Shown: positions 8,574-17,014 of the stretch, piece by piece
Position numbering within the stretch: the first letter of the stretch is position 1
Layout: each line of letters starts with the position of its first letter
Source: Abditibacteriaceae bacterium
GTDB taxonomy: Bacteria; Armatimonadota; Abditibacteriia; Abditibacteriales; Abditibacteriaceae
Direction: 5' to 3'
Length of the DNA stretch: 25,312 bases
NCBI GenBank assembly: GCA_031372065.1
Contig: JANMKN010000303.1
Coordinates: forward strand, 1-25,312
Position numbers and translations under genes: made by a program
The notes under the pieces: model-generated
Seen by the model: the letters and a program-made list of their open reading frames with translations, nothing else
Told to the model about the DNA's origin: nothing
Database searches by the model: none

Positions 8574-8796
8574 TCCCTCGCTTCGGTTTCGTCGTAACGA
8601 GCGTCGTTGCATAGTCCCCCGTCTCGGTCTCATAAAAAAAACCGTCGTTGCGTAGTCCCCCGTCTCGGTCTCGGTAAAAAAACCGTCGTTGTGACGAGAC
8701 CGAAGCCGGGGACGATAAAAAAACCGTCGTTGCGACGAAACCGAAGCGAGGGACAGTAAAAAAACGCCTTTTGAGCGTAAAAAACGCCTTTTGAGC
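8574..8796. repeat. Composite repeat: four 41-bp units, a 27-bp inverted repeat and a 20-bp tandem tail
   Basis: CGTCGTTG occurs at 8602, 8643, 8684 and 8725, and each unit ends in A7-8C. Segment 8574-8600 is the reverse complement of 8727-8753 with one mismatch. GCCTTTTGAGC occurs at 8766 and 8786. Confidence 0.9.
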
Positions 8797-8798
8797 CT

Positions 8799-9101
8799 CT
8801 AAACATACCAAGTAATGGCCTCACAGACTACTGCGGAGCATGAGTTTCTGCCCGCCTTCGGCCAGAAATGCGTAAAGCGCGCATAATCTGCCGATTTCAA
8901 CATCCAGCCACGATAAAGAAGCACGGCGGAGTCTTGCGGCACAAAACGCAAAGCGCGGTGCAAATTATTTTCGCGCGTCAAGGCATCGAAATCGAACAGC
9001 GCTGTCTCGAAACCGGCTTTTTGGGCCGCCGCAAATTCATCAGTAAAGTCGCTTTCCACTTGACGCGGCATTAGGGGATCGCAGGGCAATAAAATGGTCA
9101 T
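8799..9101 (-). pseudogene. Truncated ATP-grasp domain protein remnant
   Basis: The N-terminus ILLPCDPL...EFAAAQKAG...LLYRGWML resembles an ATP-grasp family. The ORF ends at 100 aa. Restoring one T near 8874 gives the more family-like YARFYAFLAEGGQKLM, which also stops soon after. Confidence 0.6.
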
Positions 9102-9104
9102 TTT

Positions 9105-11300
9105 TCACCGCAATTTGGCTTTGGCGCGCGGCGCATTGCGTTCGGCGTCTAAGTCTTTTTGCGTCGGCGCCAAGGCGAGTAGCGCATCGCCAGAGGTTTC
9201 CAATTTCAATGTGGTCTGAAAGCCGCGCGTGGTGGTGGAAATAGTTTTAAGATCGTTCAGTTCCAGCGCCACCGAAGATGCGCCTTCGGTGACGATTTCG
9301 GCAGGAGACGCGCCGTTTTTGCGATTAATCCACAACAAAAAGGTGCCTTTGGCCGAACGCCGCAGCGCCACAGAAGCCATGTCCACCGGGCGTTTGGCGC
9401 CTTCGGGAGCGCGTTGCTGCACCAATCGCGGCGACACATAATCGGCCACGCCGCTCAGATATTTTTGCCACGGCGCGAACAAATCGTGCGGCGCGCTTAA
9501 GCCCGGCGCCGTGGCTGTTGGCACACCGTTTTGAGCCGTGACCACAGCTATTTCGCCCGTGGTCAAACGATGCGGCAACCACACAACTTTGCCTTTGCCC
9601 AGCACGTTGACAATTAAAGCGGGCGAGCCATCTTCTAAAGTCGCTACGGCGCGCGGCCCGGTTTCGGTCAGCACGCCTTTTTTCACTTTGGCTTGCCCTG
9701 CCATCGAAGGCGCTTGAAGTTTGAGGGTGAAACTTTGTTCTACCGGCACGCGCGTGCCGCGTTCGGTGCCGAAAACCCACGGATCATCAAGAATCATCGT
9801 GGCACGCCGCACAGGAATCGCTGTCACTTCGGCGCCCACCAAAGTGCTAAGGCGCCACGGAACCGCTTTGCCGGTTTCGTCGGCAGTGGGCGTGCCTTCC
9901 AGATAAATGGTCGCTCCAGCGCGCACTAATTTTTCGAGGCGCTCAATTGTCGCCGCGCTCATGCGATTGCCGACACGCAGCATGAACGATTCCGGCGCGC
10001 TTGTCGAGTTGGCCCGCGCCAAAAGCGGCACGCGACCAAGGGCGCGCAGTTGGGTGACAAAATTCAAAAGCGATTCGTCATCTACGGCATCGGGCGCATC
10101 GGGCGGCGGCAAAACGCCCGCATCTTCGAGCGTCACGGCGCCAATCCATAGCGCGGCATCGCGCGCTATCTCGTCTTTAAATTGCCGCACATCGGCGCTG
10201 ATTTCGGCCTCATCGAAGAGAAATCCCGTCGCACCCGCCATCCAATAAGTGCGCAGTGTTTCGCGCGACGGCGGCGCGTTGCTTTGCACACGCACCAAAA
10301 TCGGCAAATCGTAGCCCGGCTGTTCTTCGACAATGCGCCGCGCGGTTTTCATGGCCCAAAAAGCGCCGTCGTTGTCGGGCACGCGCAGCAAAATGGCATC
10401 GCAAAACGCCGCCGCACCTTCCAAATCGCGCGAGGACTGCGCGACTTCCGTTATGGCCTCCACTTCATAAATCAGCGCCGCACCGGGCGAAACGTCGTTC
10501 AAAACGCCGCGCAATTGCGAAAGCGCATTACTAACGTCCAAAAGCGGCGTTTTGCCCGCTCCGGGCGACAAACTCCAGCCCCAAAAGCCACGCTCGCCGC
10601 GATTCTGCGCGTCCGTGACACGTTTGGTGAGGTCACTTTTCAACGCGGCCCAATCGAAGCCCTTCCCCAGCATTTCGCGGAGCGGCGGCAATGGCAAAGT
10701 GCGCCACGCCGGTGTGCCAGAAGGCCATGTATTTACGTTTTGCGCCGCAGATTGCGCAGCAGACGATTTGCGTCCCAAATCACGTTGCAGGCCCGTCACA
10801 AAAAGCGGCGTAGTGGGGGCCGAAACTGCACCGGGCTTGGGCAAAAACACAAACGGCAAGCCATCGGGCAGCCACCAACCGGGCACACGCGCCACGCCGG
10901 ACACTACAAAATTCGGCGCCTCGGCTTTGGCGGTTAAAGGGCGCGCAATTTTATCGGCGCTCAGCCAGCGAAATTCATAAAGTCCGGGGTCGGCAGTGAC
11001 AGCAACACTGACCTGCCAGCGGCCATCGCGCAAAACCGGCGCTTTCCAAATCTGCGCCGCTGGCGTGGCGCGATTCCATTCATAAAGCGCAACGGTCAGG
11101 CGTTTCGCGGACAAATTCGCGCCCGCAGGCAAGCGGAGCGTGACAACGCCGCTTTGCGGCAGCGAATCGGACGTGACTTCCAAAGCAGGCAAAACCTCTG
11201 TCGGCGTTTGCGCCGAAGCAGAAAACGCAGCTAAAAGTAAGGCGCCGGAAAAACACAGCGACCTCGTTAAACGAAAACAAATCACAGCAAACCTTCCCAT
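9105..11300 (-). CDS. Large secreted protein with a possible degenerate glycoside-hydrolase-like core and beta-galactosidase trimerisation-like C-domain
   Basis: ATG 11300 gives a signal peptide ending AFSASA|Q. C-terminal LEKLVRAGATIYLEG and AVATLEDGSPALIVNVLGKGKVVW resemble class I GATase-like trimerisation domains. The longer start at 11423 overlaps the divergent gene. Confidence 0.55.
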   Translation of the reverse strand: MGRFAVICFRLTRSLCFSGALLLAAFSASAQTPTEVLPALEVTSDSLPQSGVVTLRLPAGANLSAKRLTVALYEWNRATPAAQIWKAPVLRDGRWQVSVAVTADPGLYEFRWLSADKIARPLTAKAEAPNFVVSGVARVPGWWLPDGLPFVFLPKPGAVSAPTTPLFVTGLQRDLGRKSSAAQSAAQNVNTWPSGTPAWRTLPLPPLREMLGKGFDWAALKSDLTKRVTDAQNRGERGFWGWSLSPGAGKTPLLDVSNALSQLRGVLNDVSPGAALIYEVEAITEVAQSSRDLEGAAAFCDAILLRVPDNDGAFWAMKTARRIVEEQPGYDLPILVRVQSNAPPSRETLRTYWMAGATGFLFDEAEISADVRQFKDEIARDAALWIGAVTLEDAGVLPPPDAPDAVDDESLLNFVTQLRALGRVPLLARANSTSAPESFMLRVGNRMSAATIERLEKLVRAGATIYLEGTPTADETGKAVPWRLSTLVGAEVTAIPVRRATMILDDPWVFGTERGTRVPVEQSFTLKLQAPSMAGQAKVKKGVLTETGPRAVATLEDGSPALIVNVLGKGKVVWLPHRLTTGEIAVVTAQNGVPTATAPGLSAPHDLFAPWQKYLSGVADYVSPRLVQQRAPEGAKRPVDMASVALRRSAKGTFLLWINRKNGASPAEIVTEGASSVALELNDLKTISTTTRGFQTTLKLETSGDALLALAPTQKDLDAERNAPRAKAKLR

Positions 11301-11417
11301 GAAAAACGGTCTTAACAAAATTTTACACCGCGCCCACTTTGTTTGAGCCTTTTTAATTGACGAGTGCGGCACGGAGCGAAACACTATGCGCCACGACGAA
11401 CAATTAAAGGAGAAACC

Positions 11418-11936
11418 ATGCACGGAGAAATTTCACGCCGCGAATTGATAAAAGCGGCACTGGCGGCAGGCTTGACGGTAGTGGGCGTAGCGGGTTGCAA
11501 TTCGGGCGATGAAGAAACGGCGCAAGGTGGCCCCAACGGTCCGGGTGGCCCCGGTGGGCCCGGTGGGCCGAGTGGGTCAGGTGGCCCTGAAAAAGCGATG
11601 GGCACACCGGCAGCGAAAAATCCGGACGGCACAGCCACGGTTCCCGGCGGAGGAAAATTAGCGGCGGGCACAGCGATAATGGTGACTTTGCCCGATCAGC
11701 GGCCCGCATTGCTTTTCAAAACCAAGGCGGGCCAAGTGGCCGCGCTTTCGGCGCTTTGCACGCATAATCAATGCACCGTGAAGTGGGATAGTGGCAGCGA
11801 AAAATTAAATTGCCCGTGCCACGGCTCGGTTTTCGATACATCCGGCAAACCCGAAAAAGGCCCGGCCAAAGCTCCGTTAGAAAAATATGCCGTGCAAGTC
11901 AAGGGCAATGACGCAGTGTTGCAGTTGAAATCCTAA
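11418..11936 (+). CDS. Tat-exported Rieske (2Fe-2S) lipoprotein
   Basis: AAGGAG SD before ATG 11418, twin-arginine motif SRRELIK, lipobox VAGC, a Gly-Gly-Pro linker, and Rieske boxes CTHNQC and CPCHGSVF. Confidence 0.9.
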   Translation: MHGEISRRELIKAALAAGLTVVGVAGCNSGDEETAQGGPNGPGGPGGPGGPSGSGGPEKAMGTPAAKNPDGTATVPGGGKLAAGTAIMVTLPDQRPALLFKTKAGQVAALSALCTHNQCTVKWDSGSEKLNCPCHGSVFDTSGKPEKGPAKAPLEKYAVQVKGNDAVLQLKS

Positions 11937-11959
11937 TTGGTTTGTCAAGTGATTGTGCC

Positions 11960-11989
11960 TTGCCACCCCGCGCTGCTGGTGGCTATAAT
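11960..11989 (+). promoter_or_regulatory. sigma70-type promoter for the repeat protein
   Basis: TTGCCA (11960-11965), an 18-bp spacer, then TATAAT (11984-11989). Confidence 0.6.
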
Positions 11990-12015
11990 GGCGATGGCTT
12001 AAAAGCTAAAATCGG

Positions 12016-12078
12016 TGAAAATGCAAAATTAAAAGTGCGAAAACGCATTTTGCGCTTTTAATTTTCAATTTTTCATTT
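12016..12078. repeat. Heptamer-periodic inverted repeat
   Basis: AAAATGC/AAAATTA/AAAGTGC is followed by the complementary GCGCTTT/TAATTTT/CAATTTT. Confidence 0.7.
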
Positions 12079-12089
12079 GAAAAAAGGAG

Positions 12090-12773
12090 TTGTCGCTGTT
12101 GCACTGGACACGAAAAACCATCACTGAACATATCAAAGAATTGCACGCGCAAGGAGAAGAACTCAATTACACCTCCGCCGAACGCAACCACTTGAACTTA
12201 GTCCGCGCCGCTGCGTGGCATTTTGGCACATGGCGCCGCGCCATCGAAAGCGCCGAGATCAATTACGAAAGCCTTTCGAAATATCGTCGCTGGAATCGCG
12301 AACGGATTGTGGAGCGCATCAAGGAATTGCACGCCCAAGGCGCCGATTTAAGTTGGCGTGCGGTTTCCACCGAAGTTGACCCACCTTTGGCCGCTGCCGC
12401 TTTGCGCGCCAATGGTTTTCCCAGTTGGCGTGAAGCTGTCGAAGCCGCCGGTCTTTCGATTGACGACATCGCGCGCTACAAATATTGGGACAACCAACGC
12501 GTTATTGCTGCCATTCACAAGCTGCGCGATGAAGGTCATCCGCTGTCTTCCAAGGCTATGCAAAGCAGCGATCAATCGCTCTTTTGCGCCGCGCGCCGTC
12601 GTTTCGGCTCGTGGGATAAGGCATTAACCGCAGCCGGCCTTGAAGTGTCGGAGATTCGCTTGCGCAAACCGAAAAAACCACGCAAAAAACAAGTTATTGC
12701 CGTTGGAAAAGGTGCTGACCATCTCAACGGCAGCCACGCGCCCGCCGCGAAGAAAACCGTCGTTGCCCGATAA
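12090..12773 (+). CDS. Protein with three ~63-aa helical repeats and a Lys-rich tail (putative DNA-binding)
   Basis: The pattern W...I...IxxLxxxGxxL...LxxAA...FxSWxxAxxxAG occurs three times. The C-terminus has RKPKKPRKK. With AGGAG at 12085-12089, the start may be TTG 12099. Confidence 0.75.
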   Translation: MSLLHWTRKTITEHIKELHAQGEELNYTSAERNHLNLVRAAAWHFGTWRRAIESAEINYESLSKYRRWNRERIVERIKELHAQGADLSWRAVSTEVDPPLAAAALRANGFPSWREAVEAAGLSIDDIARYKYWDNQRVIAAIHKLRDEGHPLSSKAMQSSDQSLFCAARRRFGSWDKALTAAGLEVSEIRLRKPKKPRKKQVIAVGKGADHLNGSHAPAAKKTVVAR

Positions 12774-12776
12774 AGC

Positions 12777-12842
12777 GGTTAGCTTTTAGCGATTAGCTTT
12801 TAGCATTAAGCTAATCGCTAAAAGCTAACTGCTAAAAGCTAC
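12777..12842. repeat. Heptamer-periodic inverted repeat, probable terminator or RNA hairpin
   Basis: TTAGCTT/TTAGCGA repeats are followed by the complementary GCTAATC/GCTAAAA/GCTAACT repeats. Confidence 0.8.
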
Positions 12843-12848
12843 TTTCCC

Positions 12849-13730
12849 ATGCCCCAGCGTATTGCCTTTTTAGGAACCGGCATTATGGGCGCACCAATGG
12901 CCGTCCATCTTCAACGGGCCGGTTACGAGGTGCGCTGCTTTAATCGCACGAAATCAAAAACCGCGCCCATCGTTGAAGCAGGCGGCGCAGTCTTCGACAC
13001 ACCTGCCGAGGCCGCGCAAAACGCCGAAATCGTCATCACGATGGTGACCGATGGCCCCGATGTCGAAGCTGTTTTATTCGGGCAAAACGGCGCGCTTGAA
13101 ACTGCCACACCGGGCGCTTTAGTCATTGACATGAGCACCATTTCGCCAGAAGTGGCACGCGAAAATGCCCGCAAAGCCGCCCATTTTCGCGTGTTGGATG
13201 CACCTGTCACCGGCGGCGAAATGGGCGCCATCAACGCCACGCTTTCGATTATGGTCGGTGGAGACGCAGCCGATTTCGAGGCCGCGCGGCCAATTTTTGA
13301 AGTTCTCGGCAAGACAATTACGCATTGTGGGCCTCATGGTGCGGGTCAAAGCGTGAAATTGTGCAACCAGATTTGCGGCGCGATGAACTTGCTTGGCGTG
13401 TGCGAAGCGTTGATTTTAGGCCAAAAACAAGGTGTTGACCCGAATATCGTCGCGAAAGTCATCAACGGCGGCGCGGCGGCGAGTTGGGCCATGCAAGTTT
13501 TGGCGCCGAAAATCAACGCGGGCGATTTTGCGCCCGGTTTTATGATTGACACCCAGCAAAAAGATATGCGCCTTGTCATGCAAGCCGCCGAAAGCGCTGG
13601 CGTGCCGCTTCTTGGCGCGGCTCTTGCCCAGCAATTGTGGCGCGCTGCCCAAACCCAAGGCTGTGGCAGCGACGGCATTCAAGCCATGTTCAAAGTGCTG
13701 GCAGAAATGGCGAATCTTCAGGAGTTTTGA
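12849..13730 (+). CDS. NAD(P)-dependent beta-hydroxyacid dehydrogenase (3-hydroxyisobutyrate dehydrogenase / tartronate semialdehyde reductase family)
   Basis: Motifs FLGTGIMGAPMA, IDMSTISP, LDAPVTGG, the catalytic VKLCNQ and FAPGFM...KDMRL. Confidence 0.92.
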   Translation: MPQRIAFLGTGIMGAPMAVHLQRAGYEVRCFNRTKSKTAPIVEAGGAVFDTPAEAAQNAEIVITMVTDGPDVEAVLFGQNGALETATPGALVIDMSTISPEVARENARKAAHFRVLDAPVTGGEMGAINATLSIMVGGDAADFEAARPIFEVLGKTITHCGPHGAGQSVKLCNQICGAMNLLGVCEALILGQKQGVDPNIVAKVINGGAAASWAMQVLAPKINAGDFAPGFMIDTQQKDMRLVMQAAESAGVPLLGAALAQQLWRAAQTQGCGSDGIQAMFKVLAEMANLQEF

Positions 13731-13792
13731 ATTAAGAGTTGAGAGTTAAGATCCACCTTATTAACTCGAAACTCAAAACTTAAAACTCAAAA
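13726..13792. repeat. Heptamer-periodic inverted repeat
   Basis: GAATTAA/GAGTTGA/GAGTTAA is followed by AACTCGA/AACTCAA/AACTTAA/AACTCAA. Confidence 0.75.
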
Positions 13793-13798
13793 TTTCTT

Positions 13799-14635
13799 AT
13801 GAAAATCATCGTAGCTCACTCGCCCGATTCGGACGACGCGTTTATGCATTATGCGTTGGCGCGCCACGTTTTTGATACCGGCGATTTGGAATTTGACCAC
13901 GTTCTTAAAGATATCCAAACCCTCAATCAATGCGCCGAGCAAGGGCTTTATGAAGTCACCGCAATTTCGACGCACGCTTACGCTTATGTCGCCGATAAAT
14001 ACGCGCTTTTGCCGCACGGCGCTTCAATGGGCGAAAATTACGGCCCAATGATCGTGGCGCGCGAAAAATTTTCGCAGGACGACATCAAAAAACAAATTGT
14101 CGCCGTGCCCGGCCTGATGACTTCGGCTTATTTGGCACTTAAACTCTTTGCGCCGGAAATCCAAACCGTTGTCATGCCATTCGATGAGATTTTGCCCGCT
14201 GTCGAGCGCGGCGATGTGGCCGCAGGCCTGTTGATTCACGAAGGGCAATTGACCTACGGCGAAGCCGGTTTGCACAACATCGTTGATTTGGGCGTGTGGT
14301 GGGCCGATGAAACGGGCGGTTTGCCGCTGCCTTTGGGCGGCAATGCCATCCGGCGCGATTTGGGCGAAGAAAATATCAAGCGCATTTCGCATTTTTTGCG
14401 CGAAAGCATCGCTTATGCGTTGGAACATCGCGAGGAAGCGCTCGAATATGCTTTGGAATTCGCGCGCGGCATGGAAACCAAGCCGAAATTAGCCGACCAA
14501 TTTGTCGGAATGTATGTAAATCAGCGCACCTTAGATTACGGCGATGATGGCCGCAAAGCGGTGCAATTGTTTTTAGATCGGGGCTTTGAAGCCGGCGTAA
14601 TTCCACGCCGCGTTCAAGTCGAATTCGCGGGGTAA
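13799..14635 (+). CDS. mqnD: 1,4-dihydroxy-6-naphthoate synthase (futalosine menaquinone pathway)
   Basis: Motifs [44 protein letters not shown] and MYVN. Confidence 0.88.
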   Translation: MKIIVAHSPDSDDAFMHYALARHVFDTGDLEFDHVLKDIQTLNQCAEQGLYEVTAISTHAYAYVADKYALLPHGASMGENYGPMIVAREKFSQDDIKKQIVAVPGLMTSAYLALKLFAPEIQTVVMPFDEILPAVERGDVAAGLLIHEGQLTYGEAGLHNIVDLGVWWADETGGLPLPLGGNAIRRDLGEENIKRISHFLRESIAYALEHREEALEYALEFARGMETKPKLADQFVGMYVNQRTLDYGDDGRKAVQLFLDRGFEAGVIPRRVQVEFAG

Positions 14636-14646
14636 AAGGAGCGATC

Positions 14647-15309
14647 ATGCCAAAAGTAGGCATTTTGTTAGCGGGCTGTGGCGTGCAGGATGGCAGCGAG
14701 ATTTATGAATCGGTGCTGACGATTTTAGCGCTCGAAAAAGCGGGCGCGACGTGGCTGGCGATGGCACCAGATGTGGAGCAAGCGCACACAGTCAATCATT
14801 ACACCGGCGAAGAAACGCGCATGGAAGAACAGCGCCACGCCTTAACCGAAGCGGCGCGCATTGTGCGAGGCAAAATTTCGGCGGTCAGCGAAATTTCGGC
14901 GCATGATATTGATGCCTTGGTCATTCCCGGCGGCTTTGGCGTGGCGAAAAACCTTTGCAATTTCGCTTCTGCCGGAATCGAAGCGCGCGTTAATCCCCAT
15001 GTCGAGCGGTTGATTCAAGAATTGCATGGTTTGGGCAAGCCGATCGGCGCTATTTGCATCGCGCCGGTCTTGGTCGCGTTGGCTTTGCACGGTCAAAATG
15101 TGCAGATGACCGTGGGCGATGATGCCACGACTTCGCTGGCTTTGAATCGCCTGAACGCGCAGCATCAAGTCGCCAAAGTGGACGAAATCGTCGTGGATGC
15201 GAAAAATAGCATTGTCTCGACGCCCGCGTTTATGCTGGCCCAAAGCGCCGCAGAAGCCGAACCGGGCATCACCAAACTGGTGAATAAAGTGTTGGAATTG
15301 ATTCCGTAA
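14647..15309 (+). CDS. elbB: ElbB/ES1 glyoxalase (DJ-1/PfpI superfamily)
   Basis: Motifs LAGCGVQDGSEIYE, EAARIVRG, PGGFGVAKNL, GAICIAP and STPAFM. Confidence 0.93.
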   Translation: MPKVGILLAGCGVQDGSEIYESVLTILALEKAGATWLAMAPDVEQAHTVNHYTGEETRMEEQRHALTEAARIVRGKISAVSEISAHDIDALVIPGGFGVAKNLCNFASAGIEARVNPHVERLIQELHGLGKPIGAICIAPVLVALALHGQNVQMTVGDDATTSLALNRLNAQHQVAKVDEIVVDAKNSIVSTPAFMLAQSAAEAEPGITKLVNKVLELIP

Positions 15310-15310
15310 A

Positions 15311-15347
15311 CCCCATCCCCAGCCCTTCCCTTGGTAAGGAGAAGGGC
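15311..15347. repeat. REP-like short palindrome
   Basis: CCCCATCCCCAGCCCTTCCCTT-GGT-AAGGAGAAGGGC forms an imperfect hairpin between elbB and the ferredoxin gene. Confidence 0.5.
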
Positions 15348-15356
15348 GTTTTGATT

Positions 15357-15662
15357 ATGTCTGAAACCGTGATTTTAGCGAGCGCCGATTCGTTGCGCGA
15401 TGGCGACAGCCGCGCGGTGCGCGTGGGCGATAAAGAATTAGCTTTGTTTCGCGTGGGCGATGAATTTTACGCGATTGACAACGAGTGTTCGCACTACGGC
15501 GCGGCGCTTTGCGATGGCTGGTCAGATGGCAAAACCGTCACCTGTCCGTGGCACTGCTGGCAATTTGATGTGACAAACGGCAAATGCCTGACTGTTGAAG
15601 ATTACGACGTGCAATCCTACGTTTTGCGCATCGAAGACGGCCAAGTCACAGTGGAAATTTGA
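15357..15662 (+). CDS. Soluble Rieske-type ferredoxin
   Basis: Motifs FYAIDNECSHYGAAL and VTCPWHCWQFDVTNG; about 100 aa with no signal peptide. Confidence 0.92.
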   Translation: MSETVILASADSLRDGDSRAVRVGDKELALFRVGDEFYAIDNECSHYGAALCDGWSDGKTVTCPWHCWQFDVTNGKCLTVEDYDVQSYVLRIEDGQVTVEI

Positions 15663-15863
15663 AAAGAAGCCTGCTTGAAGCGAGGCGGACTGAACTTCAA
15701 CCATTGGCGCAGATGAGCCGCTTTTCCAAGGCCAAAGGCACCATTTCCGCATTAGCCCTTCTCGGCGCTGGATTGCTGATTGCCCGCGCTGATTGCCCGC
15801 AAAGTAACGCGGCGCCAAGAATTAGTTTAAAATCCGAATTCCCAAACGAATCCCAAGGCCTGA

Positions 15864-16010
15864 GCCATTGGATTGCCAGCCAGAGCAAATGCAAAGGCAG
15901 CCAGAAGCGTTGGATTGCCAGACCAAACCAATGAGAAGCCAGACCAGACCAATCAGAAGCCAGCCTAACTCATTGCATTGCCAGCCGAGAAACTTCGACT
16001 GCCAGACCAG
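15864..16010. repeat. Seven degenerate 21-bp tandem repeats
   Basis: Units start at 15864, 15885, 15906, 15927, 15948, 15969 and 15990, each carrying GCCAG(A)CC or a close variant in the same register. Confidence 0.8.
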
Positions 16011-16038
16011 ATCGTTGAAAAGTTAGACGGGAACGCTT

Positions 16039-17007
16039 TTAGCCGCGTAATTTTTCTAATTCGCCGCGCAATTCTTGTAAATTATGCACACGCCGCGCGC
16101 CGATGGCTTGTAATTCGTCGGCGTAATGTTCTGCGGCGCGTCCGCCCGCCAAAACTGTGATATTTTTCGGCAAAAATTCGCCTAAAAGGCGCACTTGAGC
16201 TGTTAAAAGCGCATCGTCGGGCGGAAAAACGAAACTGAGAGCTAAAACGCGACAATTTTCGTGCGAACGCACCGCCAACGCCACTTCTTCGGCGGGCAAA
16301 TTTGGCCCCGCGTAAAGCGCACGCCAACCTTCGGAAGCCGCCGTCGCCGCCACCATTAAGGCACCGATTTCGTGCATTTGTCCCGGCAAAGTCGTCGAAA
16401 GCAGCAGCGGCGCGGCATCGGGCGCCGGAATTTCGTAGAGAGCGCCCAAAAAGGTGCGCGCCCCGGCAGCGGCCAAATGTTCATGCACCACGCGCAATTC
16501 GCCTTGTCGCCACAATTCCCCGACGGTTTCCATCAGCGGCGCGATGACTTGTTCAATCGCCGCCACACGCCCCAGCGCCACTAAACTTTCGTCCAAAGCG
16601 CCGCGCAAAACGCCCGCATCTAAAGCGCGCACAGCGCTTAAGGCTTTTTCTTGCCAGTAACTTGCTGGGCAATCGTTGGGAGTTTTGTCAAACGCAGCGC
16701 GTTTGGTAGCTTGCGTAATGCGCGAAGGGGCTTGCGCATCGGCGCGCACAATGTCGCGGAGGCGGGTAAAAGGCAATTGCGCCACGCTGCTGATGCTATG
16801 TCCGGCTTGCGTAGCGGCGTGCAACAAGCGTAGCTTTTCGATGGCCGCATCGTCATAGACGCGGCGCCCACTCGCGGTGCGCAGCGGCTCGACAGCGGCA
16901 TAGCGCCGCTCCCACATCCGAATCAGGTGCGGCGACACGCCACTACGCCGCGCCGCGACTTGCATGGTATAGCCTTCAATTGCACTTACGGCTTTTCGCT
17001 TGGTCAC
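16039..17007 (-). CDS. MerR-family cobalamin-binding regulator, CarH/LitR-like
   Basis: MerR HTH YTMQVAARRSGVSPHLIRMWERRY, W-x9-EH motif (WRQGELRVVHEH) and B12-binding GQMHEIG...GPNLP...LAGG. GTG 17007 is preferred because TTG 17043 is part of the -35 box. Confidence 0.88.
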   Translation of the reverse strand: MTKRKAVSAIEGYTMQVAARRSGVSPHLIRMWERRYAAVEPLRTASGRRVYDDAAIEKLRLLHAATQAGHSISSVAQLPFTRLRDIVRADAQAPSRITQATKRAAFDKTPNDCPASYWQEKALSAVRALDAGVLRGALDESLVALGRVAAIEQVIAPLMETVGELWRQGELRVVHEHLAAAGARTFLGALYEIPAPDAAPLLLSTTLPGQMHEIGALMVAATAASEGWRALYAGPNLPAEEVALAVRSHENCRVLALSFVFPPDDALLTAQVRLLGEFLPKNITVLAGGRAAEHYADELQAIGARRVHNLQELRGELEKLRG

Positions 17008-17014
17008 ACCAGCA

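Noticed and set aside
8602..8765. CRISPR array
   Set aside because: The constant part is only about 16 bp, the 41-bp period is too short, the would-be spacers are copies or inversions of each other, and no cas genes are in the window.
10182..10980. Long antisense ORFs (251 aa, 142 aa) and similar shadow ORFs elsewhere
   Set aside because: They lie wholly opposite or within better-supported genes, as expected in GC-rich DNA, and show no motifs.
15659..15934. 91-aa plus-strand ORF as a real gene
   Set aside because: TTG start without an SD, no recognisable motif, and it runs through tandem repeats.
15663..16038. RNase P, tmRNA or other known structured RNA
   Set aside because: The size fits, but I found no GAGGAAAGUCC motif, tRNA-like ends or long stems.
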